Notes under the pieces: model-generated
The model's database searches: none
Seen by the model: only the letters and a program-made list of their open reading frames with translations
What the model was told of the DNA's origin: nothing
Shown here: in pieces, positions 39,975-48,043 of the stretch
Position numbering within the stretch: position 1 is the stretch's first letter
Layout of the letters: each line of letters starts with the position of its first letter
Translations under genes and position numbers: made by a program
From: Myxococcota bacterium
Lineage (GTDB): Bacteria; Myxococcota_A; Bradymonadia; UBA7976; UBA1532
Direction: 5' to 3'
Assembly (NCBI GenBank): GCA_036337435.1
Contig: JAYZEG010000056.1
Coordinates: 1 to 48,043 of the forward strand
DNA: 48,043 nucleotides

Positions 39975-41000
39975 ACTGGCTGGAATGACCACGAGACAAG
40001 CGAGCCCCTTTGCCCGATAAAATCGGTATCGGCAAACGACCAACAAAGCGTTTCTTTCAGTCCGGTCATGGTCGTGGCATACCACTCGGAACTGACACTG
40101 AACTTGAACATTAAAACTAAAGTCGGCTTTTCGATGACAATTCGATTAAGGCAAAACGCAAGGTAGCTCATTTTCCTGCGCACGGAGGCGCAGTGCGTCT
40201 GTGACTGTCGCGGGCCTATGACACTGCGACAGGGTGAGTTCTGATTTCGACTCACGGCGACTGGTTGAGCCTTTGTGTCTCCAGTCAGGTCGGATGCGGC
40301 GTATCCTCATTTTAGTTTGCGACCGGCACGCCGGACCTGGTCCTTAACTTAAGAGCAGCTGAGCTCGTGCTTCAATTCAGCACGGCCAGTCGATGGCTAT
40401 CTAAACGTTGTCGGCGCAGTTAATAGATCGTGTTCATGTATCTGGGGCTCACCTGCAGACCCATCTGGATGTTTGCAAAACCATTTCTATCTTCACAGAC
40501 ACACGGCGCACATCCATCGGAGGCCCTAGAGCAACCGTCTCAACCGTCGAGACTGCCGGCACAAATTGGTCAATTCGACCGCTAAATTGGAGTAAGAATC
40601 CAGCGAGCTTGAAGCCTTCGTGCCGGCACCAAAAAGACCCGGAATAAACAGGTCCCCCTGGTCAAAGTCTGTGTCGGTAGAGCCCCTAACTCAAGCTTGC
40701 CTCAGTGGCCCCATGCCAAGCTCGAGGCGGATTATGCTGGAGAATGTTGTTCTACCAGGCGTACGCGATCAGCCTCGAGAAATCGATAGGCCCGCTCTTT
40801 GGACCCAATGCCTCAAGTGTTTGGTGAATCTCGGCCCGTTTAATCACTCTTTCAGGTCGTACTCACGATGGGCCACAATCGAAGAAGCCAGTCATACACT
40901 GGACCAACTGTGGCAACTTTATACCCCGTGTCCCATCCGGTGGCTCTGGGGTCGAAGAGCCAGGGCTGCCTGCGGCCATCTTGCGCTCAAACGCTTCAAA
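39975..41000 (+). ncRNA. Candidate large structured RNA (unassigned; boundaries and strand tentative)
   Basis: 1.1-kb gap between convergent genes with no convincing ORF and many abutting hairpins (see findings). Confidence 0.3.
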
Positions 41001-41043
41001 CGACGTAAACAGCAATGACTCGCACAGCTCAACTGACTGTTTT

Positions 41044-44000
41044 CTATGCGCCTTTATGTCGGATGAACCAGCGGACAAGCTGGTCAGCGTCGCGAACGTC
41101 TGGAATATCGGGGGTGCTCTCATTTGACTCACCGGGCAATGGGGATGCAAAGCATCCATCGGCCAGAGCATAGATTCCATCGTGCCCACGGACTTGCGGA
41201 CTGATGAGTAATGAGCCGACCTGTGGCGCGAGGGTGTCGGCCAAATCGGAATGTTGACTGGCATCAACGATCAGTAGTGGTCGTGTGACCGACGGGCGTT
41301 CTGCGAGTTTCTCTGCGATCGATGCACTGAGTCGTTCAGACGTTGGCCCCCCTAGGACGCGGTACCCCTCTTCGTTTAGACCCAAACCAACCGACGCCAA
41401 AGCCCGTGCCGACCATACGGTCATGTCAGTGTTGGCCGTGACTCCATTGAAATAGATTTGACTCATTTGTGCGGCATTCATGGGGCCACTGAGCCAATTG
41501 CAATCGTGGGCCGGTCCGTGACCTTCTAAATATGCGATCAGCTCCGCAACCTTTGCCGTTCGGATCTCGGCATCGAGCACTTGAGCAGCGAACCGATCAT
41601 GAAATGAATCGCACGATAAGGTAGCCAACGTAGACCCTGAGACACCTTCTCGCAGTGCACGTGTCAAGGCCTCACAGCGGAGTGCCAAATCGTCGCCCCA
41701 AGTGCCCAAGCCATCGGCTGTCATCGCAGGTAAAGCCATCTTTGAAAAGAGCTTTGGCAGATCGCGAGTACTGGGGCAAAGCGCACGCAGCTGAGCTTTT
41801 AATTCTCGAAGCGGCAGCATTGCGTGTTGTTCGGCCGCGGACTTCGAGCGAATTCCTCTGGCATCGGCTACGAATCCAGCGATCTGTTGCAAAGACGGGC
41901 TCGGTGTGGTCCGGCAGAGGGCTCTCACAGCGACAACCCACAGCACAAATTTCTCGATGACACCAATCCGTTCTCGAACTCTAATCCCGGCCTCATAGAC
42001 CAAATAAGTCGATACGGGTGTAGGCTCATCGATCAAGGCGCGCCGAATCACTTCAGGAGATGGAATGATGGGCAAGAGTCCAATTTTTGCAAACGTCTCC
42101 ATGCTCAGAGACCCATCCAGCAGCTCTACGAAAACGGCATCGAGTGCCTCAAGCATCTCCACTGTGGAGACTTCACTCAAGGGTTCGTCTACTGCCGGAA
42201 CTGAAACCGCTTTAGGCGGTGCTGTAACGACAGACTCTGGTGCCGGTTTACGTGTTTCAACGCGAGCTGGAGTGTAATCTCCTAAATACTGTTCGAGAAC
42301 TTCCTCCAAGGTGGGTTGCTTCGGACGGATGTTCTGACTCACGCTGCTGTCCGCCATCTCAGCATTCCCTTGTCTTAGAGTCGACAAATCAGGTTTTACC
42401 GCCGGCGGCTCGGTCAAATCGGCATCACGTCCGACATCAAAAAGCGGCTGCCCATCATTGGCGAAACTCCAGGTCCACGTACCCTCGCGCTTCATGAGGA
42501 TAGGCCATTCGGGAATAAGGTCTGCATACTGACCTGCGGTCTGTGAAAGACGACTGATCAGCCAAGCTCGGTTTGAGAGCAGTTCGATGAGTTGGCTGAG
42601 AGCACTGAGTAGCTTCTGCTGCATCCCCGTATCCAATCGACTCCAAATCCACTGATTAGGTGTCGAATCAACGTAGCGAGCAACCGTTGTCTCATCGGTT
42701 TGCACAGGATCGCCCATTTCCCATTGACTCAGCAAGGTCTGCAAAACCAATCCCAACAGAGGCCCGACGTCATCTCGATTAGCCATCTCATCTTTAAAGC
42801 GCTTAAGGACAACCTCGCGTGCCAATTGAAATGTTGTGCGGATGCGAAGGACCAACCCGTCTTTTATATTCGCTGCGGGCACCCGACGACCTGCAATTTT
42901 ACGTTCTTGCAGCATCGACTCAATTTTACCGACATCCCCATGACAAGACGCGAGTATCGCATAGCGAATTGCGGCTTCATCGGTCCGCATCCTGAAAGAA
43001 TCGGCACCTGTAAAGAAATGGGATGAACGAAGACGCTGCTCAATCCATCGATGCAGCTCATCGAATTCGGGTCGGATGCGGTAGGTCTTGCTGACTTCTG
43101 GAACCCCCTCGAAGGCATGACTGTCGTTTGATACAAATAGCGAAGGGACTCCATCAGGTATCATTGAAATCAAATTGCGGATCCAGGCTGAGAACTGCCG
43201 ACCCTGTATGGGCATAGCGGAGGCTTGTTCGAATAGCAAAACCGGAACCAACCCGATGTCTCGCAACGCTGAAAGATATTCAGCAAACTGAGCACCCACT
43301 TCGATGGCGTCCGACGGCACACGCTGAAAACTAGCTGTATCATGTGCTGCACCGGCCACGGAGACATCGCCAGCACCGCCGTCTGTCTTAAGTTGATTGG
43401 CCATTCTCATTCGCAAGAGCGACACGCTGCCACCGATGGTTAACCCCGCACCAATGGCGATAAGGGATGACGTATATGGATACAGTGCAGCCCCGCTCAC
43501 AAGGCCCGCAGTCAAACCCAAGACACCGTCCAACGCATTTTCCAGCGTACGTATACGGCCACGTGATTGAATTTGATGCGCCTCCATGACAGCCAAAAGT
43601 TGGCTGGTTTCTCTCTGGAGTTCGTGTACAAACCAAGGTGCTGGGTCATTGACAACGCGGTTTGCTCTAATCTGTAAGCCGCTCCACAGAACGGACGCAT
43701 ATTGGTTGCCATCCACCATCGACTCCCAATTATTTGTCATGAGAGACGTGAGTTCGGCTCGAAGGTGCTGTTCCTGGATGGGCTGGTTGAGTCGGTCTTT
43801 GAATTTCGAGATGGTGCCTGAATCACCAACACTCAATTCAATTTGTTTTAAAAGTTCTTCATGGGCTTGACGTTCGGTCGCACGCGCGACGGCAGACAGC
43901 GTCTGAGTCGGACTCTCAGCGTGGTCCATCAATTGCAGCAACGAGACACGAACCGGTAGAAACTGTTGTTTTCGGCCATATTGCCATTGAGCGGCCATGA

Positions 44001-44232
44001 CATCTTCGATGGCACCCAGCGCATTTTCTAACGCAATCCGTTCTTCATCACTCCACACCAAAGCAGCTAAACGAGAGTGCGCATCGCCAATTGCTCGAGC
44101 GAGCTCTTCTGTCAAATTGAAGGTTGCATCAGTCCGCAAACGGATCCGATTCGGCAGGACGTTACGCGTTCGCAATGCGTGCCGAAAATTCTCACTCAAA
44201 GGCCGTTCGGGGCTATTTCGAAGTCCGTTCAA
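41044..44232 (-). CDS. Large membrane-associated hypothetical protein, possibly an inactivated KAP-like P-loop NTPase
   Basis: 1062-aa ORF with TTG start after GAAGGGG; TM hairpin near aa 236-273 followed by a Walker-B-like strand GLVPVLLFEQ; no intact Walker A; Pro-rich linker in the middle. Confidence 0.75.
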   Translation of the reverse strand: MNGLRNSPERPLSENFRHALRTRNVLPNRIRLRTDATFNLTEELARAIGDAHSRLAALVWSDEERIALENALGAIEDVMAAQWQYGRKQQFLPVRVSLLQLMDHAESPTQTLSAVARATERQAHEELLKQIELSVGDSGTISKFKDRLNQPIQEQHLRAELTSLMTNNWESMVDGNQYASVLWSGLQIRANRVVNDPAPWFVHELQRETSQLLAVMEAHQIQSRGRIRTLENALDGVLGLTAGLVSGAALYPYTSSLIAIGAGLTIGGSVSLLRMRMANQLKTDGGAGDVSVAGAAHDTASFQRVPSDAIEVGAQFAEYLSALRDIGLVPVLLFEQASAMPIQGRQFSAWIRNLISMIPDGVPSLFVSNDSHAFEGVPEVSKTYRIRPEFDELHRWIEQRLRSSHFFTGADSFRMRTDEAAIRYAILASCHGDVGKIESMLQERKIAGRRVPAANIKDGLVLRIRTTFQLAREVVLKRFKDEMANRDDVGPLLGLVLQTLLSQWEMGDPVQTDETTVARYVDSTPNQWIWSRLDTGMQQKLLSALSQLIELLSNRAWLISRLSQTAGQYADLIPEWPILMKREGTWTWSFANDGQPLFDVGRDADLTEPPAVKPDLSTLRQGNAEMADSSVSQNIRPKQPTLEEVLEQYLGDYTPARVETRKPAPESVVTAPPKAVSVPAVDEPLSEVSTVEMLEALDAVFVELLDGSLSMETFAKIGLLPIIPSPEVIRRALIDEPTPVSTYLVYEAGIRVRERIGVIEKFVLWVVAVRALCRTTPSPSLQQIAGFVADARGIRSKSAAEQHAMLPLRELKAQLRALCPSTRDLPKLFSKMALPAMTADGLGTWGDDLALRCEALTRALREGVSGSTLATLSCDSFHDRFAAQVLDAEIRTAKVAELIAYLEGHGPAHDCNWLSGPMNAAQMSQIYFNGVTANTDMTVWSARALASVGLGLNEEGYRVLGGPTSERLSASIAEKLAERPSVTRPLLIVDASQHSDLADTLAPQVGSLLISPQVRGHDGIYALADGCFASPLPGESNESTPDIPDVRDADQLVRWFIRHKGA

Positions 44233-44370
44233 TCGTCAAAACCCCTTCTAAACTCTGTGATGTCCAGCGGCTGCTAGCCACCGCGGTATCACCCACCCAA
44301 TCACTGTCGTGCAAAGACTAACATCGAACGACACCGAGCGCGAAACTCTCTTGACCAAAAGCCATTGAAC

Positions 44371-44398
44371 TCAGTAAATCAGCTGTCGCTGCCGATAA
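44371..44398 (+). promoter_or_regulatory. Possible sigma-28-type promoter TCAG-N16-GCCGATAA
   Basis: Perfect FliA -10 octamer GCCGATAA at 44391-44398, about 100 nt upstream of the 44496 start; the -35 match is weak. Confidence 0.3.
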
Positions 44399-44432
44399 AC
44401 CACGCCTTGGCCTCCCTTTTAATAACTCACTT

Positions 44433-44441
44433 TGCTATACT
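44433..44441 (+). promoter_or_regulatory. Extended -10 element TGcTATACT
   Basis: TGn + TATACT in AT-rich context about 55 nt upstream of ATG 44496. Confidence 0.45.
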
Positions 44442-44495
44442 CAAGACCGGGATTTTTTGGTTTGCCTCGCTCGGATCAAAAACACGGGAGATGAC

Positions 44496-47400
44496 ATGAG
44501 ACCCAAGTTTATTGCAGTGTGCTTGCTTACGATTTTTTTGGCTTTTGACTCACAAGCACAGATCACTCGATTTGGAGAAGACGTTAATGCTGCCATTCAA
44601 TCGGGTCTCAACTGGCTCGATGCCCGCGGCGTGTTCACAAACCCGAGCCCAGCCGGTAACGGTGCTGGCCTGGTCGCCCTGGCCTTGCTCGAACAGCCCG
44701 ACTCAGCAGATCAACGTGCGATCGCCCGCGGGTACGCCAACGCAAGTCAGGCAGATCAGGAAAAAATAGAACGGATCATGACCCACGTCATGAATCGGAG
44801 CAACGACTCATTCTACGCGTATCGTAACGGCTCAAGCATGATGGCATTGACCGTCTATCTGAGAACAGGTGGTCCCCAACAAGCGGCTGCTCGACAGGCA
44901 CTCGACAGAAGTTTCGACCAGGTCATTGCCAACCAAGGTAGAGGGGGCTATTGGTGTTACAACAATGGCAGTTGCAACGATTCATCGACGACCCAACTGG
45001 TGATGGCCGGACTCGCATCCGCACGCTCCGTGTACTCCGATCCCAATGATGGCGACGCTAATCGACTGGCTCAACTCAATGCGGCTGCGACGCGCACTGC
45101 GAATGCTTACCAAGCCAATGGTGCTGGCGGCGGTTTGGATAATGTTGAAATGGGTCACGGATACAGCCCCAATTATGACCCATCTTATCAGCAAACCGCG
45201 TCGGGGCTTTGGTGTCAGATAATCGGCGGCGCAGACATCAACAACGTCGGTGTACGCGGCTACTTCAGATGGCTGTACAATCGATACAACTACACGAGTA
45301 TCAATGCAGCCCCGAACAATTGGCCAAGGGGCTATTACTACTATTTGTGGTCTTCGGCCAAGGCCTACACATTCATAGAAGACGCTGGAATTGCCCCCAA
45401 CGACGGCATTGGGCCGGAGGGTCTTGGCACACTGGCAAATGACCAAGCCCCCGCTTTCAATGTGCGGCAACTTAGGCTCGATCCAGATACCGTTACCCGG
45501 GTCGCCCGACGCGGCCAAGGAAACGCCGGCTACTACTCGAGTCCATTCGAACCAGCACGCTGGTATTTTGACTACGCATACACACTGATGAGTCAACAGT
45601 CTCAGGACGGTCGCTTCTCCCCGGCATCAGGCGTCTTCAATGAATATTCAGGCCAAGCATACGCCCTGCTTGTCCTAGAGAAATCCGTCGGCGGTGGATG
45701 CGTCGATACGGACAATGATACGGTCTGTGATTTTGAAGACAACTGCCCCAACCAGCCTAACCCGGACCAACTCGACTCTGATGGTGATGGATTGGGTGAT
45801 GCCTGTGACCGTTGTCCACTCGCTGCAAACCCAGATGAGAACGATCGAGATGGCGATGGGACGCCAGACGCGTGTGACAATTGTCCCGATCAGCCAAATC
45901 CTGACCAGAATGACGGAGATGGAGACGGCTTCGGCAATCTTTGCGACACCTGCCCTGCTATCGATAATCCAGACCAGCTGGACAGCGATGGCGATCAATT
46001 GGGAGACGCATGCGACAATTGTCATCTCGTTCCCAATCCCGACCAGGCTGATGGCGATGCAGATGGACAGGGCAATCTATGCGACAACTGTCCGGCTGTA
46101 GCGAATCCAGACCAACTCGATAGCGATGGCGATCAGTTGGGTGACCCATGCGACAATTGTCCGGCCGTGGCGAATCCCGGTCAGGGAGACAGGGACGCAG
46201 ATCAAGTCGGTGACCGATGTGACAATTGCCAATTGGATGCCAACGCAGACCAAGCGGATATTGACCGCGATGGCGTCGGTGACCGATGCGATAATTGCCC
46301 TGATGATGATAATCCCGATCAAGCCGATGTAGACGGCGATACAGTCGGCGATCGATGCGATAACTGTCCAGCCGAGGATAATGGAAATCAAGCCGACCGA
46401 GATGGCGATGGCGTCGGTGACCGATGCGACAATTGTATTGCCGTCGAAAACGTCGACCAAGTAGACACCGATGGGGACGGAACTGGGGATGTCTGTGACA
46501 TTTGTAATGGCGCAATTGAAAGCGAACAATGCAATGGCGTGGATGATGATTGCGATGGTGACATCGATGAAGAGATTCCCGTCGGCGATGAATGTGACAC
46601 AGGAACACCGGGCGCCTGTGGCCAAGGACGGCTGACTTGTTTGAATGGTGAGTTCGTCTGTGATCCTGGACCAGCCAGGGATGGAATGGCAGAGCAATGT
46701 AACGGAGAAGATGACGATTGTGACGGCAGAATAGACGAAGAGGTAAGCGGAAACGGAAGCCGATGCGTGACCGGCGACACAGGGATCTGCGCCGAAGGAA
46801 TTCAATCGTGCCTTGAAGGCAACATGCTCTGTACCCCGAATGTCTCCCCCCGGCCGGAGATTTGCGATGGCATCGACAACGATTGTGACGGCACCATCGA
46901 TGAAGGTGTCCGCAACGCCTGTGGTCGGTGCGCGGACCCCGAGCTCGATGGCTGTAACGGTGTGGATAATGATTGCGATGGAGCGGTTGATGAAGACGCC
47001 GACTGTCCGATGGGCTCGCGGTGCGTCGACGGCGAATGTCGGAATCCCTGCGCAGCGAATGAGTGTCCAGACGGAGAGGTCTGCCGAGACGGTCTCTGCA
47101 TTGACCGATGTTCGTTGGTTCAATGTGAAGCAAATGAGCGCTGCAATGACGGCAGCTGTTACGACCCATGCTCCGACGTCGAATGCGACCAAGGCCAAGT
47201 CTGTGTCGATGGTGAATGTGGCGAAGATGACTGTTCACGGACCGGTTGCCCGACCGGTGAGTGGTGTCAGGGTGACGCATGCGTAGCCAATCCATGCTTT
47301 GGCGTTCAATGTGGGCCGAATGATTTTTGTAGGGACGGCGATTGCATCAACTCGTGTGCACTGGTGAGCTGTCCGCTCGATGCGATCTGCGTTGATGGCG

Positions 47401-47876
47401 AGTGTGTACAAGACCCATGTTATGCAATTTCGTGCGACGCTGATGAGAGCTGCCAAGACGGACTTTGTGTCGGGCCGTGCGATGAATGCGCTGACCATCA
47501 AGTCTGCATCTCGGGTCGGTGTGAGACAGACCCATGCGCTGTCATCACTTGCCCGCCGGGTCAAACTTGTGCCATCGGAACCGACGGTTTAGCACAGTGC
47601 GTCGGTGACTGGAATCAGAACACACCCGAGCGAGATGCGGCTGCTTCGGAACCCGATGCAGGCGCAGAGCTTGATATGGGTACGACTGGGGTTGAGTATG
47701 TAGACGCCCAACCGGGCACCGCGCCTCCAAATCCAGATATGGGAGACTCCCTTTCGGCGGAACCAGAAGCGGTCGGATGCGCTTGCGATGCCAGTCAATC
47801 TGGCCCAACTCAGTCTCTGTTTTGGATTGTATTACTCTGTCTGGCCCCCCTCAGGATAAAACGGAGTCGGCCCTGA
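44496..47876 (+). CDS. MYXO-CTERM-type surface protein: prenyltransferase/terpene-cyclase-like alpha-alpha barrel, TSP3 repeats, MopE-like repeats, Cys-rich repeats
   Basis: ATG 44496 after GGGAG; signal peptide ending SQA; AIQSGLNWL, QGRGGYWCY, DSSTTQLVMAGL, LMSQQSQDGRF; C-terminal GCAC + hydrophobic helix + RIKRSRP. Confidence 0.88.
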   Translation: MRPKFIAVCLLTIFLAFDSQAQITRFGEDVNAAIQSGLNWLDARGVFTNPSPAGNGAGLVALALLEQPDSADQRAIARGYANASQADQEKIERIMTHVMNRSNDSFYAYRNGSSMMALTVYLRTGGPQQAAARQALDRSFDQVIANQGRGGYWCYNNGSCNDSSTTQLVMAGLASARSVYSDPNDGDANRLAQLNAAATRTANAYQANGAGGGLDNVEMGHGYSPNYDPSYQQTASGLWCQIIGGADINNVGVRGYFRWLYNRYNYTSINAAPNNWPRGYYYYLWSSAKAYTFIEDAGIAPNDGIGPEGLGTLANDQAPAFNVRQLRLDPDTVTRVARRGQGNAGYYSSPFEPARWYFDYAYTLMSQQSQDGRFSPASGVFNEYSGQAYALLVLEKSVGGGCVDTDNDTVCDFEDNCPNQPNPDQLDSDGDGLGDACDRCPLAANPDENDRDGDGTPDACDNCPDQPNPDQNDGDGDGFGNLCDTCPAIDNPDQLDSDGDQLGDACDNCHLVPNPDQADGDADGQGNLCDNCPAVANPDQLDSDGDQLGDPCDNCPAVANPGQGDRDADQVGDRCDNCQLDANADQADIDRDGVGDRCDNCPDDDNPDQADVDGDTVGDRCDNCPAEDNGNQADRDGDGVGDRCDNCIAVENVDQVDTDGDGTGDVCDICNGAIESEQCNGVDDDCDGDIDEEIPVGDECDTGTPGACGQGRLTCLNGEFVCDPGPARDGMAEQCNGEDDDCDGRIDEEVSGNGSRCVTGDTGICAEGIQSCLEGNMLCTPNVSPRPEICDGIDNDCDGTIDEGVRNACGRCADPELDGCNGVDNDCDGAVDEDADCPMGSRCVDGECRNPCAANECPDGEVCRDGLCIDRCSLVQCEANERCNDGSCYDPCSDVECDQGQVCVDGECGEDDCSRTGCPTGEWCQGDACVANPCFGVQCGPNDFCRDGDCINSCALVSCPLDAICVDGECVQDPCYAISCDADESCQDGLCVGPCDECADHQVCISGRCETDPCAVITCPPGQTCAIGTDGLAQCVGDWNQNTPERDAAASEPDAGAELDMGTTGVEYVDAQPGTAPPNPDMGDSLSAEPEAVGCACDASQSGPTQSLFWIVLLCLAPLRIKRSRP
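45705..46505 (+). repeat. Coding 69-nt-period repeat: 11 full + 1 partial thrombospondin type-3 Ca-binding units
   Basis: 23-aa unit DxDGDGxGDxCDNCPxxxNPDQx counted directly in the translation. Confidence 0.9.
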
Positions 47877-48043
47877 ATCCGCCAATCTTTGACTGAGGAA
47901 AAAAACGATAACGTACCGGCATTAAACAAATGTCATTCGGAATTCATCAGCAAACCTTACAATTTTCTAAACACCTGGAAATTAAATAATTTCTTCCTCA
48001 TTTCGCTTGTACAAGTTTCGAAAAAGTCGCTAGAGTTTCCGGC

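Noticed and set aside
40032..40060. GCAAACGAC, resembling the tmRNA resume codons (AND...)
   Set aside because: No in-frame ALAA-type tag and stop, and no tRNA-like ends found.
39902..41267. ORFs 39902..40255, 40408..40647, 40620..41018, 40863..41267
   Set aside because: No convincing SD, non-ATG starts, atypical composition and no recognisable motifs; not fully excluded without a BLAST search.
45705..46505. Regularly spaced 69-nt repeats resembling a CRISPR array
   Set aside because: In-frame TSP3 protein repeats with synonymous variation; no invariant repeat or unique spacers, and no cas genes.
45958..47295. Long minus-strand ORFs (445 aa, 373 aa)
   Set aside because: Shadows of the Asp/Cys-rich plus-strand gene, whose codons rarely create antisense stops.

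Overview
A gene-dense bacterial chromosomal segment with no rRNA, tRNA, CRISPR array or mobile element that I could recognise. The MYXO-CTERM-like sorting tail, Hanks kinase, PEGA/TPR-like protein and six Cys/Asp-rich surface proteins point to Myxococcota or a close relative (inference). Housekeeping genes are fumC, valS, queA, tgt, pheS, pheT, kbl, tdh, a NIF3 protein, a NUDIX hydrolase and an Fe3+ ABC transporter. The best candidates for new biology are: (1) a 948-aa 6TM adenylate cyclase fused to a cNMP-binding domain and a degenerate PhcB-like methyltransferase; (2) a kinase / TPR-PEGA / Cys-rich lipoprotein / FliA-like sigma operon; (3) a 1.1-kb hairpin-dense gap between convergent genes that may be a large ncRNA; (4) a probably inactive KAP-like NTPase; (5) a surface-anchored terpene-cyclase-like barrel on a TSP3 stalk. 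Several core genes also look phylogenetically atypical (eukaryote-like NIF3, Roseobacter-like fumC, an unusual pheST). All family assignments come from recalled motifs; no search was run.
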